Made by a program: the position numbers and the translations under genes. The notes under the pieces were generated by a model. That model did not search any database, was not told the origin of the DNA, and saw only the letters and a list, made by a program, of their open reading frames with translations. 64,000 nucleotides of DNA, taken from NCBI GenBank assembly GCA_963836075.1, contig CAWIIB010000001.1, forward strand, positions 2,233,833-2,297,832, given 5' to 3'. This stretch comes from an uncultured Acidobacteriota bacterium. GTDB taxonomy: Bacteria > Acidobacteriota > JAQAZP01. This document shows positions 53,379 to 63,927 of the stretch, one piece after another (positions within the stretch are counted from its first letter, which is position 1; the number at the start of each line of letters is the position of its first letter).

Positions 53379-55714
53379 TCACGGTGCCATACCGGTGACC
53401 GTGCAGGCGTCCGTGGCCGTGTCACCCGCTGGTGGGTAGGGCGGCTGGTTGTAGGGCGCCGGGGTGACATCCTCGGCCGCCAGTTGGAACTGGTTCTCCC
53501 CCAGCAGGGTGCCCAGAGCCGGAAGGTTCTGGTTCCACACCGCGATGTAGCTCTCCCCCGGGGCCACGTTGGTATACCCCGCCCGCCAACCGGCGAAGTA
53601 GCCGCCAGCGCCAAGGGTGAGGTTAACCCTCGCCGCCAACCGGCGGAGCTGTCCGGTGTAGCTGTTGGAAAGCTGTGCGGTGAACTGCACAACGAAGGGC
53701 AGGGTTCCGGAAGCGGGGCTGCAGGTCAGCTGGGCGGCTACCGTGCCGGTGGTCTCTTCCGCGCCGACGGCGGTTCCCGGGTCAACCCCGCACCAGGCCC
53801 GCAGACACACATCGTCGGCGAAACCCTCCTCCTGAAAGACTGACGAGGTGTAGAGCACGGCGGAATCGATGCTGCCCGTCGGGTTGCCGAAGGAGATACC
53901 TTCCACCCGAACCAGTTCGTCGAGGTTCTGGTCTTCAACGATCAGGTCATAGAGATGGGTGCCGGCGTCAAAGGCCAGGCTGACCCGGTACCAGGTGTCC
54001 GGCGACCAGGCCACCGCGGTGGGCTGAAAGGCCCCGTCCCAGGAATGGAAATCCCCGTCGCGGCCCAGCCCGGCCACCGCGGCCAGAGTGGTCCCGCCGT
54101 ATAGATAGATGTCGTAGTCACCGGCCGTGGCCGCGCTGCGCCGCATCCAGGCGCTGACCACACCAGCGGCCTGCGAGGCGAACGCGCCGCTGAGCTGGGT
54201 GGCCGCGGTGACCGACGTATCGTTCAGGCGCACGCTGCGCAGGCCCTGGAGCACCGGACTGTCGGTGACGCTGACGTCTCCGGTTGCGGTCCAGGAAGTG
54301 GCGGCTGAGGGAAGCTCGGCGTCGGCCAGCGCCGAGGCGCTGTCCGTTTCCAGGACCAGCCCCTCGGCCCAGAGGTTGCCGCCCTCCTCGCCGGAGTAAA
54401 AGACCTGCAGCGGGTCACCGGGGAGCAGGGTGCGCTCCACGCCGGAGGTGAAAACGAACGGCGTGCAGAGGTCATGGTCGTCCCACTGGCCGTCCTGGCC
54501 CACGGTGAGGGCCACCCGCACCAGGTGCCGGTCCGCTTCCGGAAAAAAGGGACTCGATGAGCGGTAGAGGTAGACCCGGCCGAAGTTGCCCCCGGCATTG
54601 TAACGAGGGCACCAGCACGTAGTAGTCGCCGTCGTGGCTGAAACTGAAGGGGCAATACTGCGAGTAGCGGTCGTCACCGGGGTCGCCGCTGGAAGCGAGG
54701 ATGGGACCGGCGGTGTGTGGTGTCCAGTTGACCAGGTCGGTGGAGACGGCGATACCCGCTTCCCGCTGGCCGAAGTTGCCATACCACATCAGGTACTCGG
54801 AACCGACTTTCATCACACCCCAGTTCTGGGTTTCGCCGGTGGCCCAGATGGGGTCGTTGAACACCGGGTTTCCCGGGTGCCGGGTCCAGGCCAGGCCGTC
54901 GGTGGAGGTGGCGTAGCCCACCTGCATCCCCCCGCTACCCTGGCCGGTGTAGATCATCCGGTAGTCGGCCGGCCCTTCCTTCCAGACCATCGGCACACGC
55001 ACCGACTGGCCGTCCCAGGCTGCCGGGCCGGGGGTGAGCACCGGAGCAGGGAGCCTGATCCAGGGACCGTCAAGGCTGTCGCTCACCGCCAGGCCGATCT
55101 GGTGCACCTGGGTGTCGGAAAAGCCGTGGTAGTACATGCGGTATTCACCGGCGGTCTCGTCCTGTATCACGCTGGCATAGGTGGCTCCATGGTCGTCCCA
55201 CGCCCCGGCGGGGCCCGGGGCGAGCATGGGATTGCCGGGATGGCGGGTCCACTCGCCGGGGTTGACCATGCCGCTGCCGGGGATCCCGCCCACCTCGATC
55301 CCCTCGAAGCCGTCGTAAAACGTGGGAAAGACCACACTGCCGTCGCCGGCCGCGGCCGCACCGGGATTGCCGTAATACAAAAAGACCGTGGCCCCCGCCG
55401 GCGGCAGGTCGGGGATGGCGGCCCACACCGCGGCCCGCTGACCCGCCGCATCCCACTGCTCGATCCAGAACGGCAGCGGGGTCATGCCGTCGGCTGCGGT
55501 TACCCGCAGGTCGGCGCCATCGGGCAGGGCCCGGGTGAAGTCGAAGCTGGAGTCGAGGGCAACCCGCACCTGGTGGCCGGTGAGGGTCTCCCCACAGGGA
55601 TTGCTCACCGCCACCGGCCGGCGATACTCCCAGCCGTCAAGCCACTGGGCCTGAAGCGGCAGCGCGGCCAACCAGCAGCAACAGGGACACCGTCGCAAGG
55701 AAACGAGTGGTCAT
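53379..55714 (-). CDS. Secreted DUF2341 plus five-bladed glycosidase-like propeller with shared C-terminal domain (paralogue 2); frameshifted
   Basis: WEYRRPV...DLRV...FWIE.WD...LYYGNP; GNPM...WD...YRMYY.G; C-terminal domain at 53379-53748; ATGA overlap with upstream paralogue. Confidence 0.8.
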
Positions 55715-58067
55715 GGCGCGATACCCTCCACGGTGCAGGAGGCGGTGTCCGTATCACCCGCCGGCAGGTAGGGCGGCTGGTTGTACGGCGCCGCGGTGAT
55801 ATCCTCCGCAGTGAGCAGGAATGTGTTGGTGCCGATCATCGAAAAGCCCAGGCGGGATGGTGTTGTTCCACTCGGAGACGAAACTGCCACCCGCCGCCAC
55901 ATTGGTAAAACCGGCACGCCAGTTACTGAAATACGCGCCGTTGGCCAGAGTCACATTCATCCGCCCGGCGATGGTCCGGGTGATCATGTCGTAGGCGTTG
56001 GACAGGCTGGCCGTAAAATGGGTGAAAGAACGGTACAGTGCCCGAAGCCGGCAGACAGCTCAGCCCGGCGGAGACGATCTCCGTCCCCGGGCCCGTTTCC
56101 TCGGTTCCCGGCACGGCGAAGGGGTCGGCCCCGCACCACGGTTCCACACGGAAGTCGTCGGCATACCCCAGTTCAAGGAAACCCGAGGAGGTATAGAGCA
56201 CCGCGGAGTCGATGGTTGCCAAACCGTTGCCAAAGGCGATGCCGGTGATGTTGACCAGTTCGCCCAGCGATTCGTCGTGGATGGTGAAGTCGTAGAGGTC
56301 GGTGGCGGCGTCAAAGGCCAGGCTGACCAGGTACCAGGTATCGACGCTCCAGTTGACCGCCGTGGGCTGGAAACTGCCGTTCCAGTAATGGAAGTCGCCG
56401 TCGCGGCCCAGGCCGGCGACGCAGGAAAGGGTGGCCCCGCCATAGAGGTAGATATCGAAATCGCCGTTGGTGGTGGCCGATCGGCGCATCCAGGCGCTGA
56501 CCCGGCCGCGCTCCAGGGCCTCGAACTGTCCGGTGAGCGTGGTGGCGGCGGAGGCGGAGGTGTCGTTGAAGCACACGGCCCGCATCCCCTGGCGCACCGG
56601 GCCGTCCACCACGGTCACCTCCCCGGACGTGCCCCAGCTGAGGTTCCCTCCGGGCAGCTCGGCATCGGCCAGGGCCGCGGCGATATCGGTCTCGATGTGC
56701 AGCCCCTCCTTCCAGAGGTCCGCACCGCCTTCAGCGGCGTAAAAGAGCCACAACTCGTCGTCGTAGAACTGGCTGCGCTCGATATCCAGGGTGAGCACGC
56801 AGGGGGTATCGCTGTCGTGGTCGTCCCACTGTCCGTCCGCACCCACGGTGTGCGCCACCCGTACCAGGTGCCGGTCCGATTCCGGGAAATAGGGGCTGGA
56901 GGAGCGGTAGAGATAGAACTTGGAGTAGTTGCCGCCGCTGTTGTAAGACGGGACGAGAACGTAGTAGAAGCCGCCATAGGTGAAACTGGAGGGACAGAAC
57001 TGCGAGTAGCGGTCGTCGCTGGCAATGCCGCTGGAGGCGAAGATCGGCCCGGTGGTGTGCGGGGTCCAGTTGACCAGGTCGGTGGAGACGGCGATGCCCG
57101 ACTGGCGCATACCGAAGTTGGAATACCACATCAGGTATTCGCTGCCCACCTTCATCACGCCCCAGTTCTCAGTGGCGCCGGTGGCCCAGGTGGGATCGTT
57201 GAACACCGGGTTGGCGGCGTGCTTGGTCCAGCTGATGCCGTCGGTGGATGTGGCGTAGCCCACCTGCATCCCGCCGCTGCCGTTGCCGGTGTAAATCATC
57301 CGATAGTCGGTGGGCCCTTCCTTCCAGACCATGGGCACACGCACCGACTGGCCGTCCCAGGCCGCCGGGCCCGGCGTCATCACCGGGTTCCCGCCGTATT
57401 TGGTCCAGTTCATGGCGTCAGGGCTGGTGGCCAGCCCGATCTGGTGCACACCGGTGAAGGAGAAGCCGTGGTAGGACATCCGGAACTCTCCGGCCGCGTC
57501 ATCCCAAATCACGCTGCCGAAGGTGGCCCCGTGGTCATCCCACTCGCCCGAAGCACCCTCGGTGATCAGGGGGTTTCCGGCATAGCGGTCCCACTCCCCC
57601 GGATTGCCGCTGCCCGTGGTGGGCGCCCCGCCTACAGCGTCGTCCTCGAAACCGTCATAGGCCGCGAACACGGCCTGGCCGCCTCCGAGGGCCGCGGCCC
57701 CGGAATTGCCGTAGTAGAGGTAGATCGTCTCGCCGCCGATGGACAGGGTGGGCAGTTTGACCCTCACCCCGGCGCTTTCGCCAACGGCATCCCAGGTCTC
57801 GATCCAGAAGTCCAGAAGGGTGATCCCGTCATCGGCGGTGACTCGCAGGTCACTGCCGTCGCTCTCCGCCTTGGTGAAGTCGAAGGTACTGTCCAGGCTG
57901 ATCAGCACCGGCTGGTCCACCAGTTCCGCTCCGCAGGGATTGGCGACGGTGACCGGTGTCCGGTAGGCCCAGTCGGCGAACCACTGGGCCTGTGCCGGTG
58001 TGCATAAAAGAATGGCGATGGCCGTCAGGACAAACAGGCCACTGCAGCGGACACGACTTCTGCTCAT
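55711..58067 (-). CDS. Secreted DUF2341 plus five-bladed glycosidase-like propeller with shared C-terminal domain (paralogue 1); frameshifts in tail
   Basis: GGAGG RBS, signal peptide, same architecture; tail CLPASGTVPF...WRAGFTN...PYNQPPYLPAGDTDTASCTVEGIAP split over three frames. Confidence 0.85.
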
Positions 58068-58372
58068 GATGACATTCCTCCATTGAGCTGTACATGACGC
58101 CATCACCACCTCACATGGCAATTGGCGGCAAAACTGTTACGTGATTTGAGGAGACAAAAGCGATACCCGCCGCGCAACCGGCGGCAGGCAGTCCATCTGG
58201 CCTGAATTTACCGCAAAATACCTGCCAATAGTAAATCCGTGACCAATCGTTAACAAAGACAATAATCAGGAGTATTTTTCTCGCTATCAGAAAGGAATGT
58301 AAAGAATGTGCCTGGCGGGTGACAAACAGGAAGGGCATACGGATGCCCAGTTTGAGAAAGATGTTTCTTCAT

Positions 58373-59119
58373 TCAGGCCAGGGCATCGGCCACCAGCACC
58401 GCAGCCTGGTCCACGTCGTCCGCGGTGGTCTCGCGGCCGGTGGAGAAGCGGACCGTGCCCAGGGCCAGGCCCCGCTCCACACCCATGGCGGCCAGCACCG
58501 CCGAGGGCTCAGCTTCACCGGAGTGGCAGGCCGACCCGGGGGAGGCGGCCAGCTGGGGGAGCCGGGCCAGCAGGTCCCGGGCGTCCACTCCGGGGAAGGC
58601 CACGCTGAGGGTGTTGGGCAGACGCTTTTCGGGATGGCCGTTGAGCTGGACCGAGGGGATCCGGGACCGCAGCGCGGCCCACAGCCGTTCCCGCAACCCG
58701 CGGCAGTGCTCGGCCCGGTGATCCAGTTCGGCGGCGGCCAGACGGCAGGCCGCACCCAGGCCGGCGATGCCGAGGAGGTTTTCCGTGCCCGGCCGGCGGC
58801 CCGCCTCGTGCCCCGCACCGTGCATCAGGTTGTGCAGGCCGGTGCCCTCCCGGACATAGAGCGCACCCACACCCTTGGGCGCATAGAGCTTGTGCCCGGC
58901 CACCGAGAGGAGGTCCACCCCCAGCTCGTCCACCCGCGTGCCCACCTTGCCCACCGACTGGGCGGCATCGGTGTGGAAGGGGATGCCATGCTTGTGAGCG
59001 ATGGCTGAAAGCTCGGCGATGGGCTGGATAGTGCCCACCTCGTTGTTGGCGTGCATCACGGTGACCAGCACCGTCTCCGGACAGATGGCCCGTTCCAGGT
59101 CGGCGGGACTGACCATGCC
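58373..59119 (-). pseudogene. nifS: 5'-truncated cysteine desulfurase (NifS/IscS)
   Basis: HANNEVG, HTDAAQ, GHKLYAPKG, RPGTEN, SPGSACHS; the N-terminal ~130-140 aa (YLDYNAT etc.) are absent. Confidence 0.85.
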
Positions 59120-59121
59120 GC

Positions 59122-60081
59122 TTGGCTGAAGAAAGGCTTCAAAGTAAGGAGGTACGCAGCTTTGAAATGGAGCATGTTGGAGCGTTGTATCATCTAGATT
59201 TCCATCACGGCAAATTTAAGGTTCTTGATAGTGATGGCACATGGCGGGCACCACTATGTTTTGCCATGCTTGATGACCGTTCACGGCTGTGTTGTCATGC
59301 TCAATGGTATTTCTCTGAAGATACGGAACATCTTGTGCATGGGCTTATTCAAGGATTTTTGAAGCGAGGACTGCCTCGCACTTTGATGAGTGATAATGGA
59401 TCTGCCATGATCAGTCAAGAATTCCAGCGAGGGCTGCGAGTTCTCGGTGTCCTGCCAAATAGAACTTTACCCTATTCACCCTACCAAAATGGCAAACAAG
59501 AACGGTTTTGGGGAAGTCTTGAGGGTCGGTTGGTAGAGATGCTTCCAACCGATCGGTCACTGACCTTGAAATTACTCAATGATGCAACCATGGCCTGGGT
59601 GGAGATGGAATACAATCAAAAAGAACATCGGGATATTAACGCGACCCCAATGGAACGATACCTGTCTGATCCCAACGTGCTGCGTAAGTCTCCTTCATTT
59701 GAGGAATTGCACGCTGCCTTCCGTTTATCCACCAAAAGGCGGCTCAGGCGAAGCGACTGCACCATTTCGATTGAGGGTGTCCGATTTGAGATTCCAGGTG
59801 CTTATCGGCACTTGGATTTTATCAACATTCATTATGCCAGTTGGGATTTAAGTTTTGTACATATGGCAGATCCCGATAGCGATAAACCATTGATTCAAAT
59901 TTACCCGCTTTCCCGTGAGACAAATTCCAATAGCTTCAGGCGACCGTTTAATCCGGAAGCTTTGTCAACTGAGTCATCGGAGGGTGTGGCTTCGACGGAA
60001 ATGGCACCACTACTACAGAAATACATGAGAGATTTTGCCGCGACAGGCATCCCAAGTCCGTATTTAGCAAAAGACGAATAG
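59122..60081 (+). mobile_element. DDE transposase (rve/Mu-like), N-terminally truncated
   Basis: HLDFHH, LDDRSR, MSDNGS, QNGKQERFW, Mu-C-like TISIEGVRFE; no HTH N-terminus. Confidence 0.85.
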
Positions 60082-60092
60082 AAAGGAAGTTT

Positions 60093-60953
60093 ATGCATCA
60101 AAATAAAATAACAGCTCTTTTTGGCTTAAAATGGAATCCATTTATAGGTGAATTGCCACGTGAGGGGCTTATTCCCACAGAAAGCATTGAAAGATTCACC
60201 TGGAAAATTGAAAATCTGGTAATGGATGGTGGCTTTGCTCTAATCACAGGTGATCCTGGATATGGAAAATCAGTGGCTCTCCGGCAGGTCTTTGAACGCA
60301 TTTCTACAGTGCGCGATGTTTCGGTTGGTGTGTTATCTCGTCCTCAAAGCAATATCGCCGATTTTTATCGAGAACTCGGGCAATTATTTGGGGTCGATCT
60401 TAAGACATCTAACCGTTTTGGTGGATATAGTTCACTCCGCATCAAATGGAAGCGTCATTTAGAATCCTCACAACTCAGACCGGTCCTTTTCATTGATGAG
60501 GCTCAAGAAATGCCTACTGTTACGATGAACGAGCTTCGTTTACTTGCCAGCATGCACTTTGATTGCCAAACCATTCTAACAGTCATATTGGCCGGTGATG
60601 GTCGTTTAACAGACCGATTTCGCGCAGCAGACCTTGCTCCACTGGGTAGTCGTATCCGTACCAGGCTTGTGATGGAACCAAAGAGCAATGATGAAATGAT
60701 CGAATTTCTACGCGAACTCACCAGCAGGGCTGGCAACCCTTCCCTCATCAGCGATGGGTTAATGCGGACGCTTGCCGATCATTCTGCCGGAAATTATCGT
60801 GTTCTTGCGACGATGGCAAACGAACTTCTTAGCGAAGCCATCCTTCGAGATCATCGGCAACTCGATGAAGATCTATTTTTTGACATTTACAAGTCCATCA
60901 AACGCTCGGTTAAAAAGACATCCAAAAGCAAATTACAAGGAGCCATGCAATGA
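60093..60953 (+). CDS. ExeA-like AAA ATPase (transposition helper)
   Basis: FGLKWNPF, GDPGYGKS (Walker A), LFIDEAQ (Walker B); follows the transposase. Confidence 0.88.
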   Translation: MHQNKITALFGLKWNPFIGELPREGLIPTESIERFTWKIENLVMDGGFALITGDPGYGKSVALRQVFERISTVRDVSVGVLSRPQSNIADFYRELGQLFGVDLKTSNRFGGYSSLRIKWKRHLESSQLRPVLFIDEAQEMPTVTMNELRLLASMHFDCQTILTVILAGDGRLTDRFRAADLAPLGSRIRTRLVMEPKSNDEMIEFLRELTSRAGNPSLISDGLMRTLADHSAGNYRVLATMANELLSEAILRDHRQLDEDLFFDIYKSIKRSVKKTSKSKLQGAMQ

Positions 60954-61168
60954 AAAACAAACATTTTCGAGCTATATCAACAAGAAACATCAAACGATTG
61001 CGTAAGGCTATGGCTTTATGTCTGCTGGATTTGGATGAGGCTGTGGAAAACAGTATTCTTCTAGATGAATCGAAACTGCGGGATTCTCTGGTACGAGGTT
61101 TTGATTATAATAAACAGGTATCATGGACAGAGTTGCTGAGCCCAAAGGAGCTGGATGAGCTGTTTTAA
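60950..61168 (+). CDS. Small hypothetical protein of the transposon
   Basis: ATGA overlap with the ATPase. Confidence 0.5.
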   Translation: MKNKHFRAISTRNIKRLRKAMALCLLDLDEAVENSILLDESKLRDSLVRGFDYNKQVSWTELLSPKELDELF

Positions 61169-61226
61169 AACCACATCCATCTCGGGATCAACACAAGGCT
61201 GATCATTGGATCAGTCTTTTTTTTAT

Positions 61227-61275
61227 GCAACAATTTGCGTGAAATTTGGCACAACAATTTTGATGATTACTCACA
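61227..61275. mobile_element. Probable right end of the DDE/ExeA element
   Basis: Repeated CAACAATTT boxes ending in ...TCACA (TG..CA-type terminus). Confidence 0.45.
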
Positions 61276-61477
61276 CCAGCACCAAGACTTATTGTACGGA
61301 GACGTGCAGGTCATCTCAAGGTCGTTGGAGCCGAGTAATCGGCTGCCATCGATCATCTTCCATTTACAAATCTTCTGCTCAGAACTTCCATAAAAACTTC
61401 CACAAGTTTGTAGGAACGGGAGATCTGGGTTTTAAGAGGAGAGAAAGGATCGCTGTAACATGCTGATTTTAGATAAC

Positions 61478-61504
61478 AAAAAAGCCACTCAAAGTGAGTG
61501 GCTT
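61478..61504 (-). terminator. Intrinsic terminator downstream of the tRNA 3' fragment
   Basis: AAGCCACTCA-AAG-TGAGTGGCTT stem; T-run on the minus strand. Confidence 0.75.
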
Positions 61505-61516
61505 GAATATTTAAAA

Positions 61517-61539
61517 TGGCGGGAGCGACGGGACTTGAA
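61517..61539 (-). mobile_element. tRNA 3'-end fragment (probably tRNA-Asp) marking an att site
   Basis: Minus strand TTCAAGTCCCGTCGCTCCCGCCA (T-loop to CCA) with no 5' tRNA half; isotype is inferred. Confidence 0.75.
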
Positions 61540-61590
61540 GGCATGGTTAAGGGAAAAATGGGTTCAATGATTATAGTATATTAACAAAAC

Positions 61591-61690
61591 AATCAAATAG
61601 TTAGCCTGACATTGAGTGTCATCTATTGTCATCCAAAGACATCTGTTATCAGCAAAAAACTTACGTAGAACTTACGTAAAACATACGTTA
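61591..61690. promoter_or_regulatory. IHF site and arm-type direct repeats next to att
   Basis: AATCAAATAGTTA matches WATCAANNNNTTR; AACTTACGTA twice plus AACATACGTT at 61658-61690. Confidence 0.55.
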
Positions 61691-61921
61691 TGGATATCGA
61701 TAGTAGTCGGTCAATAAGCGTCGATAATTTGTCATTCTGAATGGTTTAAGAGTATTCGGTCAAGGGCGGAAGGCTGACCTTGTGGGATAGATCGACCATG
61801 ATGGTCGGCCGTCACCATCATGATTCTAGTCGATTAACTTTGACTAGTTGCTATTACAATTACCATCTTTTCTTTTAACAGCATAAACGGTATTGTAATC
61901 TTAGCCTATCTTGTTAAAAGA

Positions 61922-62887
61922 ATGGGGATTCGTTACGTGAAGTGGAAATTCAATTTAAGCAGGGTACTCCCTTCTTCAAAAAGACCTACGATGAGTGTTG
62001 TTCTCACTGATAATGATTGGAATCTTGATATAAAATCTTTTCTAAACAAGATTTACAGCTCTTTATCTGACGAAGGAGCGACAGCGACAAATATAGAGTT
62101 ATCTGGTGTTAATAGCGTTTCTCCATTTCATTTGCTGCTTCTTTTTGCAATGAAAAATATTTACGAGAAAAAAGGAGTGCCATTAGCTCTGATCGTTAAG
62201 GAAGAAGCTAACTTTTATAAATTTATGCTGGAAACTGGTATAGCGAAGGCATTTGGTTGTTTGCCGCATGGAAAAAAATCAACAAGTCGCGGTATAGGAT
62301 CACAACATCAATTACCTATTGTAAATTCCACCGTCTTCCTCACGGGGAAGACCATTAGTAGTTATTCATCAATGGCAGAGAGCGCTGTAAAAGATTTATT
62401 GAACCACTATGATGTGAAATATAATATTATTGATGCTCTTGATGAAATACTACGTAATGTCGGCCAGCATAGTGGATTTAAGGATTTTTATCTCATTACA
62501 CATCTTGACAAAGATAATAAACTTTTCAAGTTTGCTGTTTATGATGATGGCATTGGTATCCGAACGCATCTAAGCAAAAAACCTTACGATGAGATGCATC
62601 CAATCTTTAGAAAACAAGTCTCTCGGACAGCATATAATGAGATGACCAATAGCCATAAAAAATCCATTGAATTAGCAATAATAGATGGGATTTCAGGTAC
62701 GGATTACAGTGTTAATAGTGGTGCCGGCTTAAACTTTTTGTTAAATGAAGTTTGTGCCTGTTGTGGTACAGTGTTTCTTTATTCAGGGAATGGCTTCCTT
62801 GAGTGGAAAAATAGGCAGAAGGATCTGTTTAAAGTGAAATCGACTATCAACGGTACGTTAATTGCAGGATCAATAGAATTGAGATAA
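61922..62887 (+). CDS. STAS-like plus HATPase_c (GHKL) protein
   Basis: IELSGVNSVSP; N-box EILRNVGQHS, G1 YDDGIGI, G2 NSGAGL; AT-rich; start may be 61991. Confidence 0.75.
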   Translation: MGIRYVKWKFNLSRVLPSSKRPTMSVVLTDNDWNLDIKSFLNKIYSSLSDEGATATNIELSGVNSVSPFHLLLLFAMKNIYEKKGVPLALIVKEEANFYKFMLETGIAKAFGCLPHGKKSTSRGIGSQHQLPIVNSTVFLTGKTISSYSSMAESAVKDLLNHYDVKYNIIDALDEILRNVGQHSGFKDFYLITHLDKDNKLFKFAVYDDGIGIRTHLSKKPYDEMHPIFRKQVSRTAYNEMTNSHKKSIELAIIDGISGTDYSVNSGAGLNFLLNEVCACCGTVFLYSGNGFLEWKNRQKDLFKVKSTINGTLIAGSIELR

Positions 62888-62925
62888 TCTTTAGGTTAGG
62901 TTGTCTCAATGTAAAGGTATAATAT

Positions 62926-63252
62926 ATGGATATTATTATGGTTAAAGATTGCTTAAAAAAAGACGACTTAAATACAACTGATGACAACTGGGAGAATCTT
63001 GTCTCTAAAATGACTGATTCATTGAACAAAACTGGTTGTGTAGAGATTAATTTTGAAGGTGTCGAAAGATTAACACCGTCTCTTGCATATAATACATTTG
63101 GTCGCTTAGTTGATTCTTTCGGTAAAGATGTTTTACAGAAAATAAAAATAGCTAATGATCACAAGAAGTTATCTTCGAGAATTGAAGCGGCAATAAATAA
63201 AAGGCATCTTATTCTACAAGAAGAGAGACGTGGTTCTGCTGCTGCAATATAG
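62926..63252 (+). CDS. STAS-like (DUF4325-type) protein
   Basis: VEINFEGVERLTPSLAYNTFGRL. Confidence 0.7.
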   Translation: MDIIMVKDCLKKDDLNTTDDNWENLVSKMTDSLNKTGCVEINFEGVERLTPSLAYNTFGRLVDSFGKDVLQKIKIANDHKKLSSRIEAAINKRHLILQEERRGSAAAI

Positions 63253-63381
63253 CGTCAATATTAATCATTGATGGTAGGTTAATGCCCAATAGGCATTCTA
63301 GACAACCATAATGGTGATGTTGGCAATAACGACAAACCTAGTAGAAAACCAAAATCACTACCACTGGACCCATAATAAGCT

Positions 63382-63927
63382 ATGTTGACTGTTGTTGATG
63401 GAAATATTTTTGATTCCCCAGCTCAGGTGATCCCAACACCGTGAATTGTGTTGGCGTGATGGGCAAGGGCATCGCTTTGGAATACAAGAGCCGATTTCCA
63501 GCTATGTTTAACGATTACAAAGAGAGATGCAACGGTGGCCGACTTCTGCTCGGGGAACCATATCTATGGGAAGATGACAGGGTACAAATATTAAATTTTC
63601 CCACTAAGAGACACTGGCGGGATAAATCTAGGCTCGATGATATCGAAACCGGGTTTAAATACCTAGCCAACAACTACCGAGAAAATGGGCATATATACGC
63701 TGGCTCTCGCTCCGTTAGGGTGTGGGAACGGCGGATTGAATTGGAAAGATGTACTGCCATTAATGGAGCATCACTTAGGTGATATTCCTGATCTTGAAGT
63801 GTTCGCTTATAGGCCGAGAGCTGCTGGGGCTATCGCTAAAGGTGATAACGATCACGACAACCAAGACGCTCCTCTTTCCACACAGGAGAGGTTGACAGCG
63901 AGTTCTACCTTAGATCAAAAGCTATAA
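63382..63927 (+). CDS. Macrodomain protein (DarG-like); two frameshifts
   Basis: MLTVVDGNIFDSPAQVI / VNCVGVMGKGIA...NFPTKRHW / LAPLGCGNGGLNW. Confidence 0.85.

Noticed and set aside
3850-55800. Repeated ~30-bp AACCAGCCGCC.TA.CC.CC.GC.GG.GACAC motif as CRISPR or REP repeat
   Set aside because: Dispersed, within coding sequence and varying at third positions; it encodes the conserved NQPPYPPAGDT peptide.
46500-56100. Dense frameshifts suggesting pseudogenisation or programmed frameshifting
   Set aside because: Single-base indels with intact motifs and no obvious nonsense decay, also at ~10015, ~28570, ~31990 and 63435/63683; best explained as sequencing or assembly error.
60093-60953. ExeA as evidence of a type II secretion system serving the C-terminal domain
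   Set aside because: It is coupled to a DDE transposase on compositionally foreign DNA, and no gsp genes are present.
61517-61539. Complete tRNA gene
   Set aside because: Only the T-loop to CCA is present; no D or anticodon arms.
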